Positions 17,354 to 26,655 of a DNA stretch of 64,000 nucleotides are shown in pieces. Position 1 is the stretch's first letter; every line of letters begins with the position of its first letter. This DNA comes from an uncultured Bacteroidota bacterium (GTDB lineage Bacteria > CLD3 > SB21): positions 251,321-315,320 of the forward strand of contig CAYPYN010000005.1 in assembly GCA_964415295.1 (NCBI GenBank). The letters are read 5' to 3'. The position numbers and the translations under genes are program-made. Under the pieces are notes generated by a model that ran no database searches, was not told the origin of the DNA, and saw nothing but the letters and a program-made list of their open reading frames with translations.

Positions 17354-18448
17354 TTATACATTGAATTTAAAATGCATCACATCGCCGTCGCGAACGACAT
17401 ATTCCTTGCCTTCCGTTCGCAGCAATCCTTTATCTTTGCACGCCTGTTCCGTTTTGTGTTTGACGTAGTCCTCCCACCAGATCACGTCGGCGCAGATGAA
17501 TCCGCGCTCGAAATCGGAATGGATCACTCCGGCGGCTTGCGGACATTTCATTCCCCGATGGATCGTCCAGGCTCGAACCTCGTCCGGTCCCGCGGTGAGG
17601 AAACTGATCAGGTCCAGCAGAGCGTACGTTTCATGGATCAGGGAGTGCAGACCGGGTTCTTTCAGTCCGAGACTTTCTAGAAATCCTTTCCGTTCCTCTT
17701 CGGGCAGCTCCACGATCTCCGATTCGATCTTTCCTGATATCACTACCACTCGTGCGTTCTCTTTGGCCGCGATGGAGCGAACTTTCTTCACGTAGTCGTT
17801 ATCTTTGAGCACGTCGCCTTCGGCCACGTTGCAGATGTACAGTACCGGTTTGGTCGTCAGAAGGAATAGATCGGCGATGACCTTCTGTTCATGCTCGGAC
17901 AAACTCATATGCCGGATCGGTTGACCGTCGTCGAGCTGCTTTTTGACTTTGTTATAAACTTCCAGCGCGGCTCTCGCATCCTTATCGCCGGTCTTGGCCG
18001 TTCGCTCCACCTGAGTGAACCGTTTACCGATGCTCTCCAGATCTTTGAGTACAAGCTCCGTGTCAATGATGGCTATGTCGCGTTCCGGATTCACACTGCC
18101 TTCGACGTGAACCACTTCCGTGTCGTCAAAACACCGCACGACATGTCCGATCGCATCCACTTCGCGAATATGGCTCAGAAATTGATTCCCGAGACCTTCG
18201 CCTTCGTTGGCGCCTTTGACCAAACCGGCGATGTCGAGAAAGTTCACCGTAGTATAGATCGTCTTTTTAGGTTTGAGCAGATCGGATAACTGATCGATAC
18301 GCCGATCCGGCACGGTCACCACGCCGACATTGGGTTCGATCGTGGCAAAGGGATAATTGGCCGCAAGCGCGCCGGCTGCCGTGAGCGCGTTAAAAATGGT
18401 CGATTTTCCGACGTTGGGCAGGCCTACAATTCCGCATTTCAGAGGCAT
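17354..18448 (-). CDS. ychF: Redox-regulated ATPase YchF (Obg family)
   Basis: True start MPLKCGIVGLPNVGKST at 18448; ANYPFATIEPN, DIAGLVKGA..GEGLGNQFL, EGKEYVV.DGDVMHFKFNV. The 637-aa track ORF extends upstream as antisense to the amidase gene. Confidence 0.97.
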   Translation of the reverse strand: MPLKCGIVGLPNVGKSTIFNALTAAGALAANYPFATIEPNVGVVTVPDRRIDQLSDLLKPKKTIYTTVNFLDIAGLVKGANEGEGLGNQFLSHIREVDAIGHVVRCFDDTEVVHVEGSVNPERDIAIIDTELVLKDLESIGKRFTQVERTAKTGDKDARAALEVYNKVKKQLDDGQPIRHMSLSEHEQKVIADLFLLTTKPVLYICNVAEGDVLKDNDYVKKVRSIAAKENARVVVISGKIESEIVELPEEERKGFLESLGLKEPGLHSLIHETYALLDLISFLTAGPDEVRAWTIHRGMKCPQAAGVIHSDFERGFICADVIWWEDYVKHKTEQACKDKGLLRTEGKEYVVRDGDVMHFKFNV

Positions 18449-18709
18449 AGAACGAGCATTTCCTTTTTTGATGTGAGATTCTTTAAACGCGCTTAAGGTA
18501 TCACTTATCGGATAGAAAATAAAGCGAAAAAAATCCCGTTCTTCTTCTGTGAATTTGCAAAATGATTTGAAAATCTGATAAATATTGGGCATTTTTCGAG
18601 TATCGCTCATCAAATTGTAGAATACCAAATTATCACGAACGAACCGGATCTGCGCCGGGCTTAAGAAGCTCCGTAAGTTATCCGTGTTCTTCACCGAAAG
18701 AGAATTGAT

Positions 18710-20371
18710 ATGAAAAACATCAAGTTCTGGTATGCGCTGTCGGCCGTTTCCTTGATCGCATTCCTCACAGGAATGATTTATCAAACGACCACCGTTTCCA
18801 TCTCGAAGGAAATGATCGCCTCTGCAGAGAATGTTTTTGGGCTTAGTTTCTCCGATGCGAAACGCGACTCGATGATCGACGGACTGCAGGAACAGCTGGG
18901 CAATTACACTAACATCCGCAAAGTTCCGCTGGCCAACGATGTTCTTCCTTCGGTTCTTTTTAATCCGATCCCATCGGGCTTCAAATTCGAAACGGGGAAA
19001 AGTACGTTTAAGGAAAGCAAGATCACCTCCGTAAGCATGCCGGCGAATATCGAAGACCTTGCGTTTTATTCTGTCGGTGAATTGGCGTACCTGATCAAAA
19101 ACAAAAAGGTGAGTTCCGTCCAACTGACACAGATGTATCTGTCCCGCCTGAAAAAATACGGACCTAAACTGGAATGCGTCATAACGATTACGGAAGAGTT
19201 TGCGATGAAACAGGCGAAACAGGCAGATGAGGAGATCGCCAAAGGCAAATACCGGGGACCGCTCCACGGAATTCCTTTCGGGGTCAAAGACCTGCTGTCC
19301 ACGAAAGGTTACAAAACGACCTGGGGATCCGTACCCTACAAAGACCAGATGATCGAGGAAGACGCGACGGTGGTCAAACGTCTGACCGATGCCGGCGCGG
19401 TCATGGTGGCAAAACTAACGATGGGCGAACTCGCGTGGGGTGACGTATGGTATGGCGGCAAAACGCGTAATCCATGGAATACGGAACGCGGTTCCAGCGG
19501 ATCTTCGGCAGGATCTGCTTCGGCCACTTCGGCCGGACTGGTCGCTTTCTCCATTGGAACGGAGACCTGGGGCTCGATCGTTTCTCCTTCGACGGAATGC
19601 GGTACTACCGGATTACGTCCCACGTACGGGCGCGTGAGCCGACACGGCGCCATGGCACTGAGTTGGTCTATGGACAAGATCGGCCCGATCTGCAGAACCG
19701 TTGATGACTGCGCGCTGGTATTCCGTACGATCTGCGGTCCGGACGGGATCGATCCGACACTGTACGATGCGCCGTTCCATTACGATCCTGCGGTCAAACT
19801 CAACAAACTACGCATCGGTTATCTCAAAAATGATTTCGACAAAGACAGTACGAACAAAAAGTACTATGACGCCGTCTTTTCGCAACTCAATGAACTCGGC
19901 GCCACGCTGATCCCGATAGAATTACCCAAATATCCTATGAACGATCTCGCGATCATTTTATCCGCGGAGGCAGGCGCGGCGTTTGACGAATTGACCCGCA
20001 GCGGCAAGGACGATCAGCTTGTTCGCCAGATCAAAAACGCCTGGCCCAACGTATTCCGCGCATCGCGTTTCATCCCTGCGGTAGAATACATCCAGGCCAA
20101 CCGCATACGCACCCTGGTGATCAACGATATGCAAAAAGTGATGAATAACATCGACGTCTATCTGGCTCCGCCGTTCGAAGGCGATAATCTGCTGATGACC
20201 AATCTGACCGGCCATCCTTGTGTCGTCCTGCCGATCGGCTTCAATGAAAAGAATCTGCCGGTGAGTATTTGTTTTATGGGACCGTTGTTCGGCGAAGGAA
20301 AAGCTTTGGCGGCAGCCAAACAATACCAGGACGCAACCGATTATCACAAAAAACATCCTAAACTGGACTAA
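18710..20371 (+). CDS. Secreted amidase-signature family enzyme (GatA-like)
   Basis: N-terminal signal/TM; GPLHGIPFGVKDL, GSSGSSAGSAS, GTETWGSIVSPS (Ser-cisSer-Lys triad). Confidence 0.9.
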   Translation: MKNIKFWYALSAVSLIAFLTGMIYQTTTVSISKEMIASAENVFGLSFSDAKRDSMIDGLQEQLGNYTNIRKVPLANDVLPSVLFNPIPSGFKFETGKSTFKESKITSVSMPANIEDLAFYSVGELAYLIKNKKVSSVQLTQMYLSRLKKYGPKLECVITITEEFAMKQAKQADEEIAKGKYRGPLHGIPFGVKDLLSTKGYKTTWGSVPYKDQMIEEDATVVKRLTDAGAVMVAKLTMGELAWGDVWYGGKTRNPWNTERGSSGSSAGSASATSAGLVAFSIGTETWGSIVSPSTECGTTGLRPTYGRVSRHGAMALSWSMDKIGPICRTVDDCALVFRTICGPDGIDPTLYDAPFHYDPAVKLNKLRIGYLKNDFDKDSTNKKYYDAVFSQLNELGATLIPIELPKYPMNDLAIILSAEAGAAFDELTRSGKDDQLVRQIKNAWPNVFRASRFIPAVEYIQANRIRTLVINDMQKVMNNIDVYLAPPFEGDNLLMTNLTGHPCVVLPIGFNEKNLPVSICFMGPLFGEGKALAAAKQYQDATDYHKKHPKLD

Positions 20372-20383
20372 TAGGAGATTATC

Positions 20384-20776
20384 ATGAAAATCTCTTTCAT
20401 AAAGCCTCAGCACGCGGCCACTGTCTTAAGGGTCGTCATCGGCATCATTTTTATTTCTCACGGAGCTATGCGCATATATGTCGGAACCGTTGGCGGTTTC
20501 GGTGAATTCCTTGGAAACCAGGGATTCCCGATGGGCGCGGCTATAGCGTGGTCTATTACAATATTTGAGTTAACAGGCGGAGCTCTCCTGGCCTTGGGCC
20601 GCTATTCGGGATGGATCGGTATCGTATTTATTATTCACCAGATAATGGGTATCACTCTGGTACACTCCAAAAACGGTTGGTTCGTCGTTGGCCATAGCAC
20701 CGGTGGGATGGAATACAGCACCCTTCTTATTGCCGCATTGATCGTAATCATTTCAAGAGACAGCGAAAAGGCATGA
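20384..20776 (+). CDS. DoxX family membrane protein
   Basis: LRVVIGIIFISHG..RI, ELTGG.LL.LG, GW....GGMEY; 4 TM; GGAG RBS. Confidence 0.85.
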   Translation: MKISFIKPQHAATVLRVVIGIIFISHGAMRIYVGTVGGFGEFLGNQGFPMGAAIAWSITIFELTGGALLALGRYSGWIGIVFIIHQIMGITLVHSKNGWFVVGHSTGGMEYSTLLIAALIVIISRDSEKA

Positions 20777-21072
20777 AAACAATAGTCAGAAAAAAGAACT
20801 CTGAAAAAGATGCCTTGAGGGCTTTTCAGCAAATCCCCGGCGTTGGAAAAAGCATCGCGCAGGATCTGTGGGACATGGGTTTTCGCTCTCCGCGCGAACT
20901 CAAAAACAAGAATCCGGAAAAACTTTACGCTGATTTCTGCTCCCTTCGCGGCATGCCGGTCGACCGCTGTATGCTTTACGTTTTCCGCTGCGCCGTGTAT
21001 TTTGTTTCGCATAAGAAGCACAGACCGGAACTGCTCAAGTGGTGGAACTGGAAGGACCGAACCGTCAGGTAA
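20773..21072 (+). CDS. Helix-hairpin-helix protein, Cdd1 (pathogenicity locus)-like family
   Basis: QQIPGVGKSIAQDL..MG.....ELK...PE.LY...C...G..VDRC.LYVFRCAVYF......ELLKWWNWKD; ATGA overlap with doxX. Confidence 0.75.
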   Translation: MKTIVRKKNSEKDALRAFQQIPGVGKSIAQDLWDMGFRSPRELKNKNPEKLYADFCSLRGMPVDRCMLYVFRCAVYFVSHKKHRPELLKWWNWKDRTVR

Positions 21073-21193
21073 CGCAGTCGATTCTGTAGTGTTTTTTTCC
21101 GGCCCATAGAAAAATTGAAACGGATTCCTTCCGAATGACGGGCAACATGGTCCATATCTCACTCTTTAATTTTTTTAACTCAAAGGAGAAGTC

Positions 21194-21637
21194 ATGAAAA
21201 GTCTCAGAGAATCGGCCGAGTGGCTCAACACGCATCACGATCATGCGTATGCTCTTATCCGGGTCTATCTCGGGATTGCCTTATTCGTTCGCGGCCTGAT
21301 CATGCTTTCGGATCCTTCGGCGATCACATCCATCGCCGGCGCCCAACAGATGTACATGATGTATGCGTACGTTATGATCGGCCATCTCGTCGGCGGATTG
21401 TTGTTGGCCGTCGGATTCCTGACGCGTTTTGCCGCAATATTCCAGATCCCGATCCTAGCCGGCGCGGTTTTCCTGATCCATTTCAAACAGGGACTCATGT
21501 CGGTCGGACAATCGCTGGAACTTGCGGCCATGGTACTGTTCCTGCTGTTTGTATATTCTTTGTTCGGTTCCGGTATCTACGCCGTGGACACTCATATCAA
21601 CGCCAGAAAATCCGAAGCGCTCGCCGCGGTCAAATAA
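21194..21637 (+). CDS. DoxX family membrane protein (second paralog)
   Basis: LIRVYLGIALFVRG, H LVGGLLLAVGFLTR.AA..QIPIL.GAV..IH, GSG.YAVD; GGAG RBS. Confidence 0.85.
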   Translation: MKSLRESAEWLNTHHDHAYALIRVYLGIALFVRGLIMLSDPSAITSIAGAQQMYMMYAYVMIGHLVGGLLLAVGFLTRFAAIFQIPILAGAVFLIHFKQGLMSVGQSLELAAMVLFLLFVYSLFGSGIYAVDTHINARKSEALAAVK

Positions 21638-21649
21638 AGCCGATTCTGA

Positions 21650-22789
21650 ATGAACGTAAAAAAGCCTGCTAACGAGGAAATACGGCTTGCTCGTCTGAAG
21701 GAATACCGCATTCTTGATACGGATCCCGAAAAGCGGTTCGACGACCTCGCGTTCCTCGCCTCCTACATTTGCCAAACGCCTGTAGCTATGATCAGCCTGA
21801 TCGACGCCGATCGTCAATGGATGAAGTCGGTTGTCGGATATCCTGCGCTGGTGCTTCCAAGGGATATATCTTTCTGCGCCCATACGATAATGGAACCGGA
21901 AATGCTGGTCGTCGAAGACGCGGTACGTGACGAACGATTTGCTAATAATCCGCTGGTTGTGCAGGAACCGTTGGTCCGATTCTATGCCGGCGTTCCCGTT
22001 TTCTCCTACGACGGACTGGCGCTCGGATCGCTTTGCGTTTTGGACAGAACACCGCGCAAGCTTTCACCGGAACAGCTCCAGGCGCTGAAGGCGCTGAGTC
22101 ACCAGGTTCACGATCAGATGGAATTAAGACGTAGCCTTGGAGAATTGAAAGCAGCCATGGATGAACAGATTCACGCACAGGAGCTTATTCGCCGGGATCG
22201 CGAGAGATTCAGGGATATTTTGGAGACTTCGCGCGATGGGATACTCGTCGAGAAAGACGAACGCATCGCGTTCATGAATACCGCTTATGCTAAACTATTC
22301 GGATGTGAAAGTCCCGACGAACTCATGGGGTTGCATATTTCGGAATTAGCCGCCCCGGATGATCTGGAACGTCTTCTAGAATACGGACGAATACGAGCCC
22401 GTAAAGAGGCCGCTCCGAATTTTTATGAATTCAAGATCAAACGAAGGGATAACGGGGCTTTGGTCGAGCTGGATGCATCCGTTTCTGATTTTTTCCATGG
22501 CGATGCGCATTATATCATCACCTTCGTCCGGGATATTTCAGAACGAAAAAGGAACGAACGGGAGCGGGAGCGCCTTATTGCCGAATTGCAGGACGCATTG
22601 GCAAATATTAAAACCTTATCGGGTTTATTGCCGATCTGCTCATCCTGCAAAAAGATCCGCGACGATAAAGGGTACTGGAACCGACTGGAGACTTACATCG
22701 AAACGCACACCGAGGCCGATTTTACCCACGGAATATGTCCGGACTGCGCGCGAAAACTCTATCCGGAGGACTTTGAAGAAAAAAACTGA
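21650..22789 (+). CDS. GAF + PAS sensor protein with C-terminal Cys/His motif domain and no catalytic output domain
   Basis: RLARLKEYRILDT.PE..FDDL..LAS.IC.TP.A.ISL.D..RQW.KS (GAF); PAS ending FVRDISERK; LSGLLPICSSCKKIRDD.GYW..LE.YI......FTHGICPDC. Confidence 0.85.
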   Translation: MNVKKPANEEIRLARLKEYRILDTDPEKRFDDLAFLASYICQTPVAMISLIDADRQWMKSVVGYPALVLPRDISFCAHTIMEPEMLVVEDAVRDERFANNPLVVQEPLVRFYAGVPVFSYDGLALGSLCVLDRTPRKLSPEQLQALKALSHQVHDQMELRRSLGELKAAMDEQIHAQELIRRDRERFRDILETSRDGILVEKDERIAFMNTAYAKLFGCESPDELMGLHISELAAPDDLERLLEYGRIRARKEAAPNFYEFKIKRRDNGALVELDASVSDFFHGDAHYIITFVRDISERKRNERERERLIAELQDALANIKTLSGLLPICSSCKKIRDDKGYWNRLETYIETHTEADFTHGICPDCARKLYPEDFEEKN

Positions 22790-22793
22790 ACCT

Positions 22794-22865
22794 TCGTCAT
22801 TCTGTAAGAATCTTTTTCAAATCAAGCTCAGATGTTATTCAAAAAAGATTCCTACAGAATGACGA
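22794..22865. repeat. REP-like long palindrome (GTCATTC..GAATGAC family)
   Basis: TCGTCATTCTGTAAGAATCTTTTT ... AAAAAGATTCCTACAGAATGACGA, 24-bp arms with 1 mismatch. A half copy lies at about 21123-21140 and a degenerate copy at about 12201-12234. Confidence 0.8.
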
Positions 22866-22966
22866 GAAAGCAATCTTCTTGGCCTCTGTTGATTTTTTCC
22901 ATTCGCTTTTCTATTTTTCCCCGCCAATAAACCAACATTCACACCAAATCACAGGATAAAGAAAGT

Positions 22967-24835
22967 ATGTCCACGCAAACACTCGAATTCAAAACGGAAG
23001 TCAAAGAATTGCTTCATCTGATGATCCATTCTTTGTATTCGCATAAGGAGATCTTTTTGCGCGAATTGCTTTCCAACGCCTCCGATGCGATCGATAAGGT
23101 GCGTTACTTATCGCTCACCGATACGACCCTGCTGGCCAACGACGACCACTGGAAGATCCGTCTCGCGATCAACAAAGAGAACGACAGCCTGACCATCAGC
23201 GATAACGGCATCGGAATGAATGAGGAGGAGATCGTTCGCGCGCTCGGAACCATAGCGCATTCAGGAACGAAAGATTTCATCCGCACACTTACGGAGAAAC
23301 AGGTCAAAGATAACCCGGAACTGATCGGCCAGTTCGGCGTCGGTTTTTATTCCTCCTTCATGGTGGCGGAACGCGTGGTGGTGATATCGAGAAAAGCCGG
23401 CGATCCGAAAGAAAAAGCCGTGCGGTGGGAATCCAAAGCGGACGGGACGTTCAGCGTAGAACCTTTTGAAAAGGATTCACGCGGCACCGACGTCATTCTC
23501 TTCATGGGTGAGGAAGGTAAAAAATACCTCGACGAATGGGAGATCAAAAGCGTTGTTAAGAAATACTCCGACTATATCGAACATCCGATCTGCATGGATG
23601 TTGAAAAAGACAAGAAAAAAGAAGAACAAGTTCTCAACTCCCGCAAAGCCATCTGGCTGAAGGATAAGTCGGAGATCTCGACGGAAGAATACAACGAATT
23701 CTACAAACATGTCAGCCACGATTTTACCGACCCGGCGAGAGTGATCCACTTCAAAGCGGAAGGAACGCGGGAGTTTTCCGCTCTGCTCTTTATTCCATCC
23801 AAAGCGCCGTTCGATCTATTTTATAAAGACTACAAGATCGGTCCAACCTTGTATGTCAAGCGCGTGCAGATCATGGATCATTGCGAGGAACTCATTCCGG
23901 TCTATCTCCGCTTTGTCAAAGGCGTGGTGGAATCTTCCGATCTCCCGCTCAATGTCTCCCGTGAGATATTGCAGTCCAACCGCCAGATCGAGGTGATCAA
24001 AAAGAACATCACCAAAAAGATCCTTGATACGCTGACGGATATGAAGAATACCGAGTTCGAAAAGTATCTTGAATTCTACAAAGAATTCCACAAATCGATC
24101 AAAGAGGGTGTCTACATGGACCATCAGAGGAAGGATGCGCTGAAGGACCTGTTACTGTTCGAATCCACCAAGACCGCGGCCGGCCAATACACGACGCTTA
24201 AACAATATGTTGAATTAATGAAACCGGACCAGGAATTCATTTTCTATATGACCGGAACTTCGCGTTCCGAGATGGAATCTTCGCCCTATCTTGAAGCCTT
24301 TAAGGAGAAGGATTACGACGTGTTGCTTCTTCAGGATGAGATCGACGACTTTATAGCTCCGGACCTTGAGTACAACGGCAAGAAGTTGAAATCAGTGACC
24401 AAAGGCGATGTGGAACTCGATAAGAAGACGGACAAGAAGGAAGCCGAAAAGAAATTCAAAAAAGTGATCGATCTTATCCGCGATGAACTCAAAGACGACA
24501 TTAAAGACATTCGTATTTCAGGCCGCCTGAAAGACTCGGCCTGTTGTCTCGTGGCCGATGAAGGAGACATGGACCAGAATCTGGAAAGGCTTATGAAGGC
24601 CATGGGACAAAACCTCCCGGCGAGCAAGCGTATTCTGGAGATCAATCCTGCCCATCCTTTGATCGAGTCGATGAATACGATCTTTGAAAAGGACAACAGC
24701 CATCCGATCCTGAAAGAATATGCCAAACTCCTGTACGATCAGGCCCTTCTGCTGGAAGGTTCCAAGCCTAAAGACCCGGTGGCGTTTTCGAAAGCGATGG
24801 CGAAGATCATGCTGGAAAACGTGAAATCCTTGTAA
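22967..24835 (+). CDS. htpG: Molecular chaperone HtpG (Hsp90)
   Basis: EFKTEVKELLHLMIHSLYSHKEIFLRELLSNASDAIDK, ISDNGIGM, LIGQFGVGFYSSF, SSDLPLNVSREILQ. Confidence 0.97.
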   Translation: MSTQTLEFKTEVKELLHLMIHSLYSHKEIFLRELLSNASDAIDKVRYLSLTDTTLLANDDHWKIRLAINKENDSLTISDNGIGMNEEEIVRALGTIAHSGTKDFIRTLTEKQVKDNPELIGQFGVGFYSSFMVAERVVVISRKAGDPKEKAVRWESKADGTFSVEPFEKDSRGTDVILFMGEEGKKYLDEWEIKSVVKKYSDYIEHPICMDVEKDKKKEEQVLNSRKAIWLKDKSEISTEEYNEFYKHVSHDFTDPARVIHFKAEGTREFSALLFIPSKAPFDLFYKDYKIGPTLYVKRVQIMDHCEELIPVYLRFVKGVVESSDLPLNVSREILQSNRQIEVIKKNITKKILDTLTDMKNTEFEKYLEFYKEFHKSIKEGVYMDHQRKDALKDLLLFESTKTAAGQYTTLKQYVELMKPDQEFIFYMTGTSRSEMESSPYLEAFKEKDYDVLLLQDEIDDFIAPDLEYNGKKLKSVTKGDVELDKKTDKKEAEKKFKKVIDLIRDELKDDIKDIRISGRLKDSACCLVADEGDMDQNLERLMKAMGQNLPASKRILEINPAHPLIESMNTIFEKDNSHPILKEYAKLLYDQALLLEGSKPKDPVAFSKAMAKIMLENVKSL

Positions 24836-24843
24836 TACTGTCC

Positions 24844-24919
24844 GCCACAAAGAAGAACAAAATGCACAAAACTCAAGAATGTTACAGAAGTTTTTGTGCC
24901 TATTGTGCTTTTTTGTGGC
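24844..24919. repeat. REP-like imperfect palindrome (CCACAAAG..TTTGTGG family), copy 2
   Basis: GCCACAAAGAAGAACAAAATGCACAAAA ... TTTTGTGCCTATTGTGCTTTTTTGTGGC directly after the htpG stop. Confidence 0.7.
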
Positions 24920-24932
24920 AATATACATTTCC

Positions 24933-25466
24933 ATGAATAATGTGATTTCCTGGGGGATGCTCCCCGGTGAAGAATTGCTGGCTTTTCCCTGCGATAAAAT
25001 ACCTGGCCGGTTCGATGGAACCTATTACCGGGGCATTTCGATCAACGCAGAACCCGCTGCTGTTTTTCAGTGGCTCACTCAAATGCGTGTCGCGCCGTAC
25101 AGTTATGACTGGATCAATAATTTGGGCCGGAGCAGCCCGCGAAGTATTCTGAAAAACCAGCCTGAACTTCGCTCCGGACAGACCATGATGTATATTTTTG
25201 AGTTAGTCCAGTTTCGAGAACCTTATGAAATCACCTTACGCGTCAAACCGCGTTCGTTCGGAAAATTCCTTTTCGGCGATATCCTGCTAAGTTACCTTAT
25301 CGTTCCCATCCATGACCAAAGTTCACGCCTCCTGGTCAAGATCCATCGGCGATTCAATCGCGATCCCTTAGGCCTTTTCATGTGTTATTTTCTACCATGG
25401 GCCAACCTGATCATGCATAGAAAACAGCTGATCCTCTTTAAATATTTGTGTGAACGAAAAGATTGA
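24933..25466 (+). CDS. Conserved hypothetical protein, probably SRPBCC/polyketide cyclase-like fold
   Basis: FPCD....YRGISINA.PA.VFQWL.QMRVAPYSYDWI.N.GR.SPR pattern. Start moved to 24933 because the track start lies inside the palindromic repeat. Confidence 0.6.
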   Translation: MNNVISWGMLPGEELLAFPCDKIPGRFDGTYYRGISINAEPAAVFQWLTQMRVAPYSYDWINNLGRSSPRSILKNQPELRSGQTMMYIFELVQFREPYEITLRVKPRSFGKFLFGDILLSYLIVPIHDQSSRLLVKIHRRFNRDPLGLFMCYFLPWANLIMHRKQLILFKYLCERKD

Positions 25467-25489
25467 AACAAAGAACCTTTTACGACGTT
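25464..25489 (+). promoter_or_regulatory. ECF-sigma-type promoter of the serine hydrolase gene
   Basis: TGAAAC(25464-25469)-N16-CGTT(25486-25489), 54 nt before ATG 25543. Confidence 0.6.
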
Positions 25490-25542
25490 TGCTAGACTGT
25501 TTCGAAGCCCGCCACGAATTGACCATAAATCAAGAGGTGTTT

Positions 25543-26643
25543 ATGCGACGAATCTTTTTTGTCTGCCTGTTCGTGATCTTTCGAACGGGTTATTCACAGG
25601 TTCCGGCTAACATGAATGACGGCCTTCCTGTCTCCGACCCTGCTTCGCTTCATCTATCCGAATCACAACTGCTCAGTCTCGACAGCGCCGTGGTCAATGG
25701 GGTCTTCAAGAACATCACCAGTATTCTCATTGCGAGGAAAGGTCAGCTGATATTCGAGAAGTATTACAACGGCGCAACCGAAGCAACACGGCACAATACA
25801 CGTTCAGCGACCAAAACCATTACCGCCATCTTGACCGGCCTGGCGATCGATCAAAAATTCATACCATCGGAATCTGCGTCCGTATTACCATACTTCAAGG
25901 ATAAAAAGATAGAAAACCCAGACCCTCGGCAGCAAAAAATCACGATCGAGGATCTGTTAACTATGAGTTCCATGCTCGAGTGCGACGACGATAATCAGTT
26001 TTCTTCCGGTAACGAAGAGCGTATGTACCTTATCGAAGATTATTTTCAATTCGCACTCGATCTTCCGATTCGCGGGTTCGCGCCGTGGAATTCAAAACCA
26101 CAGGATTCGCCGTACGGCCGGAGTTTCAGTTATTGTACAGCCGGTGTGGTGCTTCTCGGCGGGATCATCGAACGAAGTACAAAAATGACCGTGGATGATT
26201 TTGCTAAAAAGTATCTTTTTGGTCCACTTGGCATTCAAAAAGTTGAGTGGCAGATCACGCCGATGGGCATGGTCATGACGGGAGGAGGCTTGGGTTTGCG
26301 GAGCCGGGACTTATTGAAGATCGCTCAGTTATACGCCAACGGCGGCATGTGGAACGGAACACGGATCATTTCATCGGAATGGGTCGAGAAGTCAACAAAA
26401 CCTCATGCCAATGCCCGTGAGAATACGGATTACGGGTATTTATGCTGGTTGCAGAAATTCGGCCCGCCGGATAAATCCTATTTCTCCTATTACATGGCCG
26501 GCAACGGCGGCAGTAAGATCGTCGTGTTTCCGGATCTTGGACTGACGGTTGTTATCACCAGCACTTGGTATGGTACTGGAAAAGCCCATGCGCAAAGCGA
26601 ACGAATTTTATCCGAATATGTCATACCGAGTGTGAAACCGTGA
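25543..26643 (+). CDS. Secreted serine hydrolase, beta-lactamase class C/NylB-like family
   Basis: Signal peptide MRRIFFVCLFV after a GAGGTG RBS; SxxK motif (RSATK), LLTMSS, FSYCT, GGGL.LR.RDL.KI.QL...G.W.G..IIS..WV. Confidence 0.88.
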   Translation: MRRIFFVCLFVIFRTGYSQVPANMNDGLPVSDPASLHLSESQLLSLDSAVVNGVFKNITSILIARKGQLIFEKYYNGATEATRHNTRSATKTITAILTGLAIDQKFIPSESASVLPYFKDKKIENPDPRQQKITIEDLLTMSSMLECDDDNQFSSGNEERMYLIEDYFQFALDLPIRGFAPWNSKPQDSPYGRSFSYCTAGVVLLGGIIERSTKMTVDDFAKKYLFGPLGIQKVEWQITPMGMVMTGGGLGLRSRDLLKIAQLYANGGMWNGTRIISSEWVEKSTKPHANARENTDYGYLCWLQKFGPPDKSYFSYYMAGNGGSKIVVFPDLGLTVVITSTWYGTGKAHAQSERILSEYVIPSVKP

Positions 26644-26655
26644 TGGACTCTCTTA

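Noticed and set aside
18449-19267. N-terminal 273-aa extension of YchF in the ORF track (apparent fusion)
   Set aside because: It overlaps the amidase antisense and an intergenic region; the canonical YchF start is at 18448.
22866-22966. CIRCE heat-shock operator before htpG
   Set aside because: No TTAGCACTC-N9-GAGTGCTAA; only a weak TTGATT-N17-TATTTT promoter-like match.
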